DNA from: Chrysomallon squamiferum
Lineage: Eukaryota > Animalia > Mollusca
Direction: 5' to 3'
NCBI GenBank assembly: GCA_012295275.1
Contig: CM022671.1
Coordinates: 25,296,001 to 25,360,000, forward strand
DNA length: 64,000 bases
A model generated the notes under the pieces. That model did not search any database and was not told the DNA's origin. It saw nothing but the letters and a program-made list of their open reading frames with translations. Of the stretch, positions 30,901-44,800 are shown one piece after another. Each line of letters begins with the position of its first letter. Position 1 is the first letter of the stretch. The position numbers and the translations under genes are program-made.

Positions 30901-32048
30901 TTTCTTCAATATCTAAGTTACATGTACTAAACAAGTAATTTTTGAGATTTGATAGAATGATTTATAGCTCTGTATTTATTTATTATTATTTCAGGGTGTC
31001 TGTTTAGATGTGAGCAGATTTCCAGTTAAGAGATTTAGTGCAAGATATTATGTTCGGGGTATATCACCAGATGATGCTTTGTTATGGCTGTATCTTCACA
31101 ATATTCAGGTAATAGTAATATCTTCAGCTTGCTGTCTAACAAATGTTAAATCATGAAAAGAAATTTTAAAACTTAATAGTCATATAGACTAAATTTGCTT
31201 TTTTAGTACAAACTGCAAATAGGAAAATAAATAAAACATTTTCTGCAACATTTGCACTTGAATCCATACTTAGTTTTTAATTATAATTTTGGCACTAATA
31301 TCAGAAATTTTGACTATGTTTTGAATAGTATGCTTTGATTTTGATTTTTCAGGATCCAATGAATATGGGTGCAATACTGAGAACTGCATATTTTTTAGGT
31401 GTTGATCAAGTTATAGTCCCATCTTTAAACAGGTAACTGTTATAAAAATTTATATTTAAAAAAAAAAAAAAAAAAAAATGAAAAACATTATAAAAGATTA
31501 TGTTCTGGTATAATATAGACAGTCAAAATGTACAAGATAAAATAAAATTGATGACATGGTTTACCACGGCTTAAGCCACAATAAAATATATAAAATAATG
31601 TTTTAAAAATCAGAAAAGGAAAGGAAAAATAAAGTAAAAAGCAAAGATAAAAAGAAAATGTTCTGAGATTGGTGACAAACTTATGTTTTTTATTTCAGTT
31701 GTAAAATGACCCCAGTGGTGAGCAAAGCCAGTGCAGGAGCCATGGAAGTAATGAACCCTTTAAGTCTTGGTTCAAATGCAGATCATCTCATTCAGTTTTT
31801 AAAGGTATTAGAAAGATGTAAAAGAAAAACTTGATTACTGTCAAGTTTACATTCCATTTCCAAGATCACCTCTGGAATTTTTTATTTCTTTTTGGCTTTT
31901 ATTCCAGTTAAAAAATAGATACGTTGTCAAAGCTTTTTGAATAAATGAATATCATGTTAATATTTACAGTGCACCAAGTGCTGTAGATTTATTTAAATAG
32001 TTTTAATTTGTTATTTTAATTAATTTTTTTATCTGATCAGTACAATGA

Positions 32049-32083
<35 letters not shown>

Positions 32084-33230
32084 GTATCATCTTTATTTGC
32101 AACTTAATAATCAGTGAAGTCTTTAATTTTTTTAACATTGTTGTAAATGTTTCCTCTAATACATGTATTTAGCGTTATTGTTCAAGTAAATTATACTGAA
32201 AGATGTGATTGACTGTACCAAAATGAAATACTTGTTATTTTAATGATTTTTCTTTTCTTTCATATTTCATAAGTCATGGAAGGAAGTTGGAGGAGTTGTA
32301 GTTGGAACAGCAGTGAATGATCACTACTCACATCAAGTTCACAGATACCAGATTAACCAGCCCACAGTGCTCATTTTAGGTTGGTATGTTGTTCACTATA
32401 GACTGGTGTCTTGCTTTCATGCTGATGTTTGATTGGAAGGGTTTTTTTTGTTATTTTGATGACAGGTGGTTTTATGTTAATTTTTGGTTGGTGGGTTATT
32501 TGGAAACTGATTTTATGTTGAATTTTGATTGCAAGATGGTTTTATGTTCTCTGTAGATTGACAGGTGGGTTTATGTTGACATCGGTTTGGTGTATAGTTA
32601 ATGTTGAATTTGAGTTTATACATAGTTTCACTTCAAACAGATTTGTGAACTAGATCCATAACATTATTAATATAATTTCTTGTATTTTTCTATTTTGAAA
32701 TTCATTTCTCTAGCAATATTGTGAAGGAAGCACTCCCTTTTGACTTATTGTCCATTTCAGAACATTTTAATTAATATTTATTAAGTATAATTTTTCTTTT
32801 TAATTTTGTTTTCTTTTAGGTAATGAAGGCTTTGGTTTGGATAATGGTATTTTAAATCAGTGTGATATTCTGCTATCTATCCAGCCTCATGGACGTGTGA
32901 CTGAAAGTTCTGTTGGATCATTAAATGTGTCTGTTGCAGCTGGTAAGGCTAGTTAGTCTTTATTTCTCTTATATAAACAAGAAATGTCTCTTTATCTTTG
33001 ATTTTATTTCTTTAGAGAATGCACCTTTGTTAAGCATAAGGAATAAATGATTTTTCTCTAATGAAATGTTGTAGAACAAACGTAAAACTAAATTTTATAT
33101 TACCAATAATAATTTAGTTTTCATTATATTACTGAGACTAATGCAGTTTTTAATTGCAGGTATAATTCTGCATTCTCTGCTTTCATCAAGAAAAACAACT
33201 GATCACAGACATTTGCAGGAAGCTGTATGA
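27959..33230 (+). CDS. MRM1: Mitochondrial rRNA methyltransferase 1 (SpoU/TrmH SPOUT family)
   Basis: Exons 27959-28074 (basic/Ser-rich, presequence-like; least certain), 30451-30694, 30995-31108, 31353-31432, 31699-31804, 32274-32379, 32820-32942, 33160-33230, all phase-compatible. Motifs LFGIHPV, RPHQGVCL, IQDPMNMGAILRTAYFLG, VSKASAGAME, LGNEGFG, SLNVSVAAGI. Confidence 0.93.
28400..29600 (+). mobile_element. Degenerate transposase-like coding relic in MRM1 intron 1
   Basis: GC-richer, microsatellite-free, intronless stretch with broken frames (DCLAAKIILAITKMQYKDGKSDPQNIVTFLDQQKLPRGLIPHY*EN..; EGIKAVKNVIVNL..STDLFGDPL; MFSAAKTKAVNA..), stops and frameshifts. The resemblance to repeat-encoded proteins of marine invertebrates is from recall; boundaries are approximate and no TIRs were identified. 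Confidence 0.5.
32400..32625. repeat. Degenerate ~30-bp tandem repeat (ggttttatgttgaattttgattg..) in MRM1 intron 6
   Basis: ttt(t)atgtt core recurs at roughly 30-bp spacing. Confidence 0.6.
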
Positions 33231-33850
33231 CATTTGTTTCCAGTACAGTCTGTATAATGACTAATATGGTAAACATATCTAATAGTTGTTTATGTCGATA
33301 TCAACAAGTTTAAATTTGTATGCAGCATGCATCTATGAACTGTGTCTAGAAAACACAACTGTTTTATGTGTGTATGGGTTACAAATGTTATTTATTTGTA
33401 TGTTATAAAATTTGTAGTAAGTATCAGGTCTGAAGTATTTTATAAAAATTTATATTTTTCAAATAAAACATAACATTTGATACATAAATATTTTTTACTT
33501 GTGTGTTTAGTTATCTAAGGTGGTCATAACTGTTGACTGAAAATATTTCAGAAAGTATTCTTTTTATCTGGTAAATTGTACACAGTGAAGATGGGGAAAA
33601 TGTCCTTTTTTTCATTGTCAAAAAATAAATAAAGCATTGCAGTATCTTTCTAGAGCAGATTTAATGTCAGAGATCGTCTTATTCCACATAGCTTAATTCC
33701 AGAAATAGATTTAATAACTATATTTGTATTTTCATGGTGGTTTCCAAATAATAAAATAATGACACAAGTTTTAAATGTTTCATGCTAGGACAAATTCAGC
33801 AATAAAAGAGAGAATAAACTGTTCCACCTGGCAGTATTTATTCATGTTTA

Positions 33851-36800
33851 TTATTCAGAATCATCCCCAGCAAATTCTTTACTAAAGTCATCCTTGGAAA
33901 TCTGAAAGTTGGAGAAAAAAAAGCATGACGATACATTTTCAGAGTATTAAATATAAAAAGACAAACATTTTTTTCAAAATTACTTAAAATTAAAATATTT
34001 CTTGACAAGAATTTAAAAATTCAAGGATTCAGCATAGAGAAATATCCATTAGGCTCGTCTTCTTTATCCTTTTTCTTTTAATTGTGAAATAAAAATTTAA
34101 AAAACAAAACATTTAGTTTAAAAAACTGTTCACCTTTCCCTTTTTAAGTTTTTTCAAAAGTCTTGTATCTCGATCAAGATCCTCTAAATCTTCTTCACTG
34201 ATTTCAAATTTTCTTTTCTTCTCTTCTTTCAGTTTAAGTTTTTCTTTCCTCTTCTTTTTTTTATCTTGTCTTTCTTTCTGTTTTGACCATGGAATTGTCT
34301 GAGAGAAAAATTAGAAATGGAATTTTTTTTAAATTATCTTTTTATGAAAATGTCAAAACTTAATAATTGTTAGCAAAAATTAAAAGAAGTAAAAATTTAT
34401 CAATGTCATCCAAGAGTTTTAAATTATTTCTCTGAAAAATCTGTTAAATTACATTCCTTTTTCAACCAGTATTTAACCATGTATTTTATTTATTTATCAT
34501 GATAATTAAATCTTGTACAGACACATTTTAACTGAGGACAGATTTATTTCCTTTTTCCCATAATTACTTGTGTGTTTGTCACTTAACAGCCAAGGTGTCA
34601 TTAAATACTAACACTAATTTATTTATTTGAATTTATGCAGTGTTTTTTAAAACAAAAATAGTAGTGGCCAAAGTAGGATACAAAATCATAATAAAAATAT
34701 ATAAAATAAGTTTTAGCTACAGTTTCTGAATGTCAAATATCTGTAACATCCCAAACAGAAAAAGGTTGTTATGTATTACCTTTGGTTTTTTCAATTTAAC
34801 TTTCTTTTCAGTTTCACTTGTTAACTTTTCTTTTCTTTGTTTTTCCTGCTGTTTATCTCTGGAATTTTAAAGAAAACAATTCAGTAAGTAAAGAAGATTT
34901 GTTGCATCTTGTGGAAACCTAGATATCAAGAATCACATTCAAACTTTAATTTAAATAAAAACTGTTTAACAAATTTTTTTAAAATAAATTAAAATAAAAA
35001 AATTGCAATGATTGTCAATATCAATTATTTGCCAATATGTATATTAAATTAGTCCACAAGCACATATTTAGTTGATTATGCTGAACTATTTGCTGTCCAA
35101 ACAAGCAGCCTCAAAGCAAACAAAACACATTTTACATTGTGACATATTAACCAAATAAAAACATTTTATTTAACTACTTTTAACAAATGCTGTAAATAAA
35201 AAAACTGTCATAATTAAACTTACTGCTTCTATCAGATTTGGAAAACAATTATTTTATTTTCATTGCACTATCACAGGTCTTTCCTGTGAATAGTCTAGAT
35301 AATACTATTAATAAAAACAAGCAAAAAAAACAAAATTCTGAATTTTAAGGCACACTGCATATAACCTACCTGTAACCAATATTTTCTAATTCAACTTCCA
35401 CTGGTTGGAAATCAGATATCACTTTCCCTTTTAATTCTGGCATTTTGGGTATTTTCAATAAACCAAATCCAGTTGCCAATTTACCAAAATCTATGTCTGA
35501 AAAGAAAGCAAATCGCTCATAAAAACTATCATAAAATAAACTTGAATGTGAATGTATATAATTTGTTTTCATGAAATAATTACATTCTTTTTGAAAAAAT
35601 GTCAAACTAAAAAAAATCAAAAAAATCAAGGAAACCAATAAACAAAATAATATATACCACAGAATGTACAATGATTTGCAATAAATGAAAGTTATCACGT
35701 TAGTTCAATACTATGATCCTTTGGTATTTAAAATATAATTTATAAATCTCACCTTTTACTCTGAAAATCATACTACACTCATGTTTTGCATATGACTGAA
35801 CAAATGAAACAAACGCTCGCATTCCTTTTTCATACACTGATCTGAAAAATATAAAGAAACAATGTGTAAGTAAGTCATGAATATTACATAAGCTTTGGAG
35901 AAACAAATTTTAAGATTCAAAATTATAATAACCAAAAATAAAAATGGAAGAAAATATATGGAGCATTTTAAATATGTAAATGTAAATGACAGAGGCTTAT
36001 GCTGACATCACAGAGCTGACATATCTGAAACTAATCACTCCCAGTTCATAATCTCAAACACATTATATTTGTTGTTTTTGTCTTACAAATATTAGAATAA
36101 TAAATTAGTTTTTATTGAAATAAAGTGAAACATTTTTTAACATGTATGTCCCTTTTCAAATCTACTTAATAACTGATAAACAAAGGTTCATACATCCAAA
36201 TACAAACCATAATTTTACTTACAAAGAACTTTCAAGAAATAAATGATATATTTTTGTTTAATACTTTTATAATTTATGGCAAAAACAAACCTGTCATTCA
36301 TGGCAAAAGACTGCAGTTTTGGTAAGCAGTTGATGACATGTGGGCTTTTGTCAATCTCTTTAAGTGGAACCTACAATTTTCAATAAATCATTTAGCTATT
36401 TAAGATTTGTGAAATTTTATTTTATTTTTATTTGAACAGGTGTTTTTATATTACATTTATAACTATTTGGCTTTGCATTTTTATGCTTTCAAAATAAAGC
36501 AAAATCTAAATGATTATGCTAAACAAAAAACAAGGAACAAGCTTAATGTCTTACAAAGTAGAAGAATCTGTTTTTACATCTTGTTTTAGCGAAGAACTAA
36601 GTCTTTAAATGACTGCAGTATTAGTATATTCACTTTGGGTAATACCTACCTTTTGATTTATCTGAATGAATTTGATATAAGTATCTTCTGTGGGTAAAAG
36701 CATCACCAGTGCATTCCCTGAATTACCAATCCGTGCTGTTCTGCCACATCTGTGTACAAAACAACTGAAATAAAAACAGTAATAATCAGAAATTATAACA

Positions 36801-39800
36801 GTAATCACAAATGCATTCTTATGAACATTCTGTCATTAAACTGGCAAATTCAATCAAAGCTTAAAAAAAAATTAATTTATTTTTTAACTGCCATAAACAA
36901 AATTTGTTTCAGTTTTACAGTTTTTACAAAGTTTATTTTATTTTATTTTGTTTTGTTTTGTTTTTTACATTTTTTTTTAATATTATTTCTTCTTCTTCTT
37001 TTTTATTTGTTCTATATTCTTATTATGATTTTTCCATCTTTTATAAATTTTAATGGACAAACATTCATTAATTTTTAATGATGAATTCTAACAAATAAGT
37101 TTTCATAGAACCACTTTTACTGATACAGTAGCTCAAATGCACTACTGAGAACAAGTAAATAACAAGAGCAAAATAGCTTTGGATGGTCATAAGAGAATGT
37201 AAGTAGAATTAAAATCAAACCTTGCAGAGCTCGGTGGATCGTACTGTATTACCCAGTGAACATCTGGGATGTCGACACCTCTGGCCATGACATCTGTACA
37301 AACAAGAACACCACTGTTTAAACCACGGAATTTAGCAAATATCTTGTTTCTCTTTTTCTTCATTTTTCCATGGATACATAAAACTTGTATTTTTTTTATT
37401 AACCTGTAATAAATAATAAAACAAAAAATTCAATTAAGTTTAATCACAACCTACAGCATTTGTCTATATATTAAATTTTACATCTCTGGGTATCATACAA
37501 TTGATATATTCAACTCACATACATGTGCTTTATATTATTTATGGAAAAACATCAACTATACTGTCAAGCTACACTGATAACTTCATAATTTCCATACTTT
37601 ATTAATAAAGTGCAAAATTGAAACATAGATCTCCTAATTAATATTTCACCATGTAAACAGAATGCATTGTTTTAGTCAAAATATCTAGTACTATACAAGT
37701 TGATAGACATATTTTTCATTAAATTTAAACAATAAACAGTATATCAGTATCTAATAAGAAATGAAAAAACACCATCAAGAGTGGAGATTATCTATCTTAT
37801 TTAACTTACTGTTGAATTGCTCTAGCAAAGTAGTCAACACTGGCACAGGTACTGAAGAAAATCATTATCTTCTCCTTCTTGTGTTGTCGTAGAAAATGTA
37901 ACAGCTGATTTAATTTCTCGTCTGCATTCACTATCTGTAAAATAAAAGATAATATTGTGTAATCAGTCAAACAAAAATTAAAGATTAAATAACAAGCACT
38001 TTTATTTTAAATCATAGTTTTCATGTCTTTATACCTCCTTTTGTATCCTTATTCTGACAATAATATGAACACTCCGATAAACATGTTTGATCTCTGATGT
38101 CTTTGAAGTCAGTTATGTCTTTCATCACAATGATGTCGGCAGACTTCAAATGGTAACCATAGACATAAACAAATTCATTCAGTGGATATCATTTCAATCA
38201 GAATAGAGATTTATATTTTATACTTTTAAATAAAATCTATGTACCAAAACAAACAAAAATTTGTTTTAAAAATACTCTATTTCAGTATGAGGCATTTGCC
38301 TCAGTGAAGTTACGGCTATGATGAAGTTTTTAAATGAAAGCATTACCATGTAAAAGTTTTCTAAAGACGATGGTGTCCGCTGAACTGGTGTTTCTGCAGT
38401 CTTCTTTTCTTTCACAGTTATACGTAGAGGATTTCTCAAACCTGCTCTGATCAGGCACTCCACTTCTTCTGTCTGTGTAGCCGAAAACAAACCAGTTCTT
38501 CGCTGTTTTGGCAAGTAACTTAGAATACTGCTGATACTAGAAAAAATAAAATAATATTTCAGTGTTACTGGCAGCGAATGGATGATTTTATATTCTTAAT
38601 ATTTGTTGATGTGGTTACCTCATTTATCTTTCCCTAGGTTTTTTTGGAAGGAGATCATAATAAAATTGGTCTTTACCTCTTCTGTTTTTATCAACTTTAA
38701 GTACGTGATGGATTCCATACATATATAAGCAGTATATGGCATTACAAATACTAATATTATATAAATATGTATCAGACCTTAATGAATAGTGAAATATGTA
38801 TGGCACTGCTATATTGATATCTGCTATGTAAATTGTACATTTGAAAACACTAACCTGGCTTCAAAACCCATTTCCAGTAATCTGTCAGCTTCATCTAAAA
38901 TGAGAACTTCCTGAAAGTATGAAATGAATCATAAACATTACCTCCATTTTCAAATCAAATAAATAGAAGAAAAAACTAAATGTAACATGGATATTCAGTT
39001 CAGGAGAAGTTAAATAATTCCTAACAAAAGTAAGTGTGTGTGTTTTCAATGAAAAATAAAGAAATTTAAAAACAAACCAGTTCTTTCACATTTGTTGCTA
39101 AATTTAGTCCATTTTCTTTTCTGTTAAACATGTCATCCAATCTTCCTGGTGTTGCAATTAAAATATGTCCACTGAAATTATTTCAAAACATAAAGTTATT
39201 TCAAAAAATCAACTTTACAGAATAAAATAACAAAACATTTACCTAAATATCTGTCAATCATTATTTATTAACATACATACTGTTTGAATGAATCTTTGAA
39301 ACACAGATTTATTATGCACTGATAGCAATGTCCAAAAGAACAGACTAAACTGAAATTTCTTAGCAAGTCACTAATATTTTATTGTCTCTTGTGATACTGC
39401 ATCAAATAAATCTTAATAAAATATTCTTATAACTCCACTGTAAAAACAAATTTAAACAATAACTATATACAAGAAAAAACTACCTACCCTTTGTCTTGAA
39501 ACTTCTTGATGTCATCAATAATATTTGAACCTCCTATGCAAAGAATGGAGGTGAACTGAGTAAAGTGATTAAGAAAATGGCCGACAACCTCAGAGATCTG
39601 GAAAGCTAGTTCTCTCGTGGGTGTCAGAATTATTGCTCCAATCTATAAAACAAATTTCCTAGAGAATGAGAAACTCGCTGTTTGAGTAATAACATTTTAA
39701 TACTTTCAGAATTAATGCCATCACATTACTCAACAGCAAAGATTTTATCTTTTATTTGAATCTTCCCATAGAAAAGAAAGCAAACAACAATAGCTGTGAT

Positions 39801-41067
39801 TTCTAAACAAGTTCTGGGGGTCATGTCTAGAATCAGAAACAGTTTAACTGATTCACCAAGATGGAGAGATCCAGTAACTCAGTAAAATCAGATCAGTAAC
39901 TTAACAATTACCTGGAGCCCATAATTAATTTAAGAGATAAAAAAGACAGAGCTATACTCTGTGCTGATGTCAGTTTAATTAAATATATTTAGATACAAAA
40001 CTCTGTGAAAATAAACACAATTTTGCTCTTAGTTACCAATAATAAGCTTGTAGTTTGTATATTAACCAGTTATTATTTCAATTGTATAATGTAGGGAAAG
40101 GTCTTTTTGTGCCATTTGACCAGTTCCATTTTTTACTACAAACAGAAATAAACAGATTAAAACAATAATAAAAATGACAATAAATAAAACTTAAATATTT
40201 ATGAAAGGTAAACAAATACTTTATTAAAATATTACATCAAATTAAAAAATAAGACTAGTATTCAAAATGCTTACGTTTTTTATTCATTCGACAAAATAAA
40301 TGAGAAAGAAAAAAATATTAGTGAATTATGATCAAAACCAACCTCATGTTTCTTCAGTGGAATTTCTCGTCTCTGCAACATTTCCAGCAAAGGGATGACA
40401 AAAGCCAGCGTCTTTCCACTGCCAGTAACTGCTTCCACTGCAACATCCTTGTTGCGCAGGAACTGAGGAATACATGCAGTCTGCAAAAACAGATCACAGT
40501 CAATTAAAAATAACCACAGCCTGTGCTACTTAAGAAACGCTTTGCTGCCTACACAATCACATATAGAACACAAAAGAATAGTCTCAAAAAGTTTTGACAA
40601 AGGTATAACTGTAAATTTAATACTTGGTATTTGCATGTCTTCATTTGGCAAATGAGTGATTAGATGATATTGGGAATAGCAAAATAATATTTGTTTTATA
40701 GAATATTATTATTATTTTTTTTTTTTTTAAATCCGTAAAATAAAACTTTTAAATCGATCAGCATAATTTATGTAAATGTAAGTGACACTGAACTGCTGTT
40801 CTTCTAAACAAAACAGTTGTTCTCTGTTTCATTTGGCAGAATAACAGTTCAGTACCATTGAAAATACCAATATTCATCCATGTCTTTATAGAGAATAATT
40901 TTTTTTTTTAAAGAAACTATGAATATGTCAGCATAATAAATAAAAAAAAAGAGTAATACCTGTACAGGTGTCATTTTCTGAAATCCCATCTGACTTACAG
41001 CATCTAGAGATTTCTCACTGACAAGTGTTGACAGGTTTGTCCAATTTTCATCCATTATTTCATCCAT
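33851..41067 (-). CDS. DDX55: ATP-dependent DEAD-box RNA helicase DDX55 (Spb4-like)
   Basis: 15 exons: 41067-40960, 40480-40343, 39642-39488, 39171-39078, 38910-38855, 38536-38347, 37934-37810, 37403-37221, 36764-36650, 36370-36291, 35841-35753, 35496-35370, 34858-34780, 34298-34134, 33901-33851. Motifs [98 protein letters not shown]; Lys-rich tail. Confidence 0.96.
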
Positions 41068-41846
41068 TATATTTTTATACTCCTTCGTTATTTTTTCATG
41101 AAATGATAATTATAAATTATATAATATCATGATTAAAAAGTATATATATATATATATATATATATATAACATACTGATAATACTCATTATACTGATAAGT
41201 GATATTACTCAAAATATTTAATTACTAATTTAGTCATTAGTAAACAAAAACAAAAACAAAAAACTAAGAAAAAAGATATTATATATATTATAATAGATGT
41301 GTCACTTTTACCTATACTCGTTTGTGATTTGATTATAAGGAAATGGTCCAAGACCAAAAACTTTTAACTATAGTTTTCCTCAATCACACATTCATGATAC
41401 TGATATATACATGAAAACACGTTTATTTCTATTTACGTAGCGTAGCTTTACTGGAAATCAGTGGTAACAGGTGCTTGAATATTTATTATCATTCCGCATC
41501 TATATAATATACATTATCGTTAGTCTAGAAAGGTAGAACATGAACTAGTAGTTATACTGTTTAAAAGCAGTTTACATACATTATTATATAATGTCATTTT
41601 ATAAATGTTTAAAATAACAATTGGTTCTTTTTTCTTTTCTTTTCGCGCAATAATGCAAACCGTGTGGCGTTGTGATTAGGCCGAAACTAGTTGACTACCA
41701 GACGATAAGATGAGCTCGAAAGTTGTTACATTATTTCCGGAATTTAACCTTGAAGTGTAAAATTATTGGGGTCTTCAACGTTAAGAATTATTTAAACAAT
41801 AATCTGTTTACAGTACAAATTGCACACGTTTCGCAAACCCTTATAT
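41068..41846. promoter_or_regulatory. Probable bidirectional promoter between DDX55 and GGNBP2
   Basis: Head-to-head ATGs about 780 bp apart; CpG-containing patch at about 41640-41740 with an ETS-like TTTCCGG. Confidence 0.6.
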
Positions 41847-44800
41847 ATGGCTCGTTTGGTGGCTGTTTGTCGATCGGACGAGTACAAGTTCGAGAGACGT
41901 CAAATTCCCCTGACTGTTGATTCCCTAACAGTGAGTTTTTATGTTTTTAACTATTAAATGTTTCATTACACCATATACTAATTAATCGTTAATTAATTTA
42001 ATTGTCAGTAATATTAGAATAAAAATGTATATATTTGAAAAGGTCTAATGCTGCAACAAGTTGCTGTAAATTCCATCAGGGGGAGATAACTCTAAATAAC
42101 ATGCATTAGAATGGCCGAAATTTTTTTATTTATATCAATATTATAATGTAATAAAAGGCTTAAAATGTTATATATCCTTATCATTATTAAAATGTTTAAT
42201 TCAAAAATATGTTCATAAAAGTGTGTCATTGATCAAGAAGTGAAATAGATGTTGAATACTTTTGGATTTTCTGTCTAGCAGTAGCACTCAGCCACGTTTC
42301 AGCTTGTGAATGAAATTAAATTCCTTGTAATTTGTATGGTAGATAATTGTTAAGCCATCCTGTTTTGGTGAACTGGATCATTAACTTAAAACTGTTATTC
42401 TGTCTGTGGAAGGTGTATTTGAAGAACCTTTAATTGATTATTGCCTTTTTGTAACACAGTTTATACTTTGACCAACTGAATGGGACCAAAACGATATTCT
42501 TCATTTGGTATTGACTATTGTGTAGTTTACTTCTATACAGTCTAATGTGCAGTGTCTTAAATTATTGAAATATTTATAGAAATAAGATTTGCAGATAGAT
42601 ATTTGGCTTAATCATGTATGTTGCTGTAAAATTGCATTTCTTTTCAGATGGTATTGCAATTCAATGAAAAATGTGTTGATTGTGAACATGTTTATGGAAT
42701 GAAACAAAAGGAGCTAGAGAGATTTGTACAGAAATTTGACATTCTTACAAAGGACGAACTTGCTGTGGCATTAATGGTTACAAGTAAAGATATTATGAAT
42801 CAGTTAGCTCACATGGTGACCTGTGTTGGATGTAGAAGAAGGTATTTCATGTTTATTTTAATTTAATTAAACAATTTTAAAATAGGATAAACCAAAAAGT
42901 ACATTAAAATATGAAGTGTCCATATGATTTTTTGTGATGAAAAGCAATATAAATATTAATTTTCTCACTTTATTTTTTGAAAATTCTGTAGTCAGATGTC
43001 ATTTAATTGTTACATATGGTAAAATGTGACTGCTTAGATTTAAACTAGTTTTGAAAGAAAGAACCAAAAAAAAAGTATAAAAATAAAATGAAAAAATGAC
43101 AATACTCAGTTATAAAAACAGGTTTTAGAAGCAATGTTTTAAACAAGACAAATGAGGATATTTTATACAGATGATTAAGGTATCTTTCAAATTACTTTTC
43201 TGAAGTTTAGTTTTGTATTTTGAAGGTCTTAAGATAATAGTAGTTAAAAAGTAACTAGCTGATACACACCAACTTGATATTCAGTAATATTATTATAAAT
43301 ATCTCTACTTAATTTGTCATATCAGTTTTATATTACATTGAAAATTACAAGCTTTTTATAAACAAAACAATCAAAAACAGTCTATATCTTCTGTATTTGC
43401 TTCAGTCATTGTTCCATGAGTAGTTGATCTTGAGCATTAAAAATAAAACATTTAAATGTTTGACAAATTAAACAAGAAAACTAAAATATTTGTCACACTC
43501 TCAGTACTTTTAAGACACTACTACCATTTTGGGGGGAAATTAAGAATACTGTTGCCTGGAGCTTAATCCATTATATCAAGATAAACTTTTGTAAATGTGT
43601 TGCAGGAAGCTTAAAAGCATTGACACATTGTCATTATTCCACAAGTAAATTTTAATTATTATTTTTTTATTAAACGATCATATTTACCGGCATTTTTCAA
43701 CAAAAAATGTCTATATGTTGCTTCTTTATTTTCAGTGTGGAACGACTATTCAATCAACTTGTGGAATCAAGGCATCCAGCATTGGAACCTCTGTTAATAA
43801 CTACTCGAGCAGAATTATCCCTGAAACATGAATGCTTGTTTGATCCACGAGCACTTTATGCTCTGTTTTATATTCATGGGTATGTACATTTTGCTCAGAA
43901 TTTTTAAAAGTGCAAATGTGTTTTTAACCTAAGCCAAAGAACTTAAAACTTACATACAAAGACTCCTTTTGGTACCAGTATGTATCTAACTAAACAATAA
44001 ATATTTTATAACTTTGTAGTAAACAAAATACTGATACTGACCAAATATATCAGATGTACTCAAGATAATATTTAATTATGTATAACTGTGTTACAGGTCA
44101 AGGCTAACTACTGTGATGGAATCAATTCCAAAAAGCAAAAAGAACAAACGTTGCAATTTGCATTCTCTGGATACACACAAGACAAAGACACCAGGGTTGG
44201 TTTCTCTTCTTAATGATAACAGAATTGTTATAGCTTATACTGGGTTTTTTGTCTCAGATTTTTATTTATTTTAATTTTGTACTTTTTTATTTTTGTACCA
44301 ATCTCATTCTAAATGCAATTTTTAATGCTATCTACAGAACTATAGATATTCTGTTAAAGAGAACAATTTTCTAACTCCTTTTCAGCTCTTTGCAGATGGT
44401 AGTTTATTTCAAATGGGTTGACATTTAGAAACAAAACTTAATTTATATGAAAATTAATTTTGTAATTTAGATATTTTTTTTTCATTTTTTCATATATAAT
44501 TTTTTTTTTTCTCATTATTTATACATATCTAACTTTGATATTTATTACCATCACTTCCATAACAATTCTAATACAAAGAACTATTTTTTTTTTTTTTTCA
44601 GTTGAATTCTAAACATTATTGCTCTGATAATCAGTTTTAATGATCTTTTATGTTTTTAAAAATATAATGTTTATTTCATTTAAGTCTTTGGACTGATGTC
44701 TGGGAATTGCTATCACCTGAATGCAGGGAAGAAGTTGTTTTGATTGATGCTGAGAGTCTGCTGGACACACTTAATACGTACTTAAGGAAACACAGGTATT

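Noticed and set aside
37960-38120. Possible C/D box snoRNA in a DDX55 intron (GTGATGA on the minus strand)
   Set aside because: No suitably placed terminal D box or terminal stem, and no recognisable rRNA-complementary guide.
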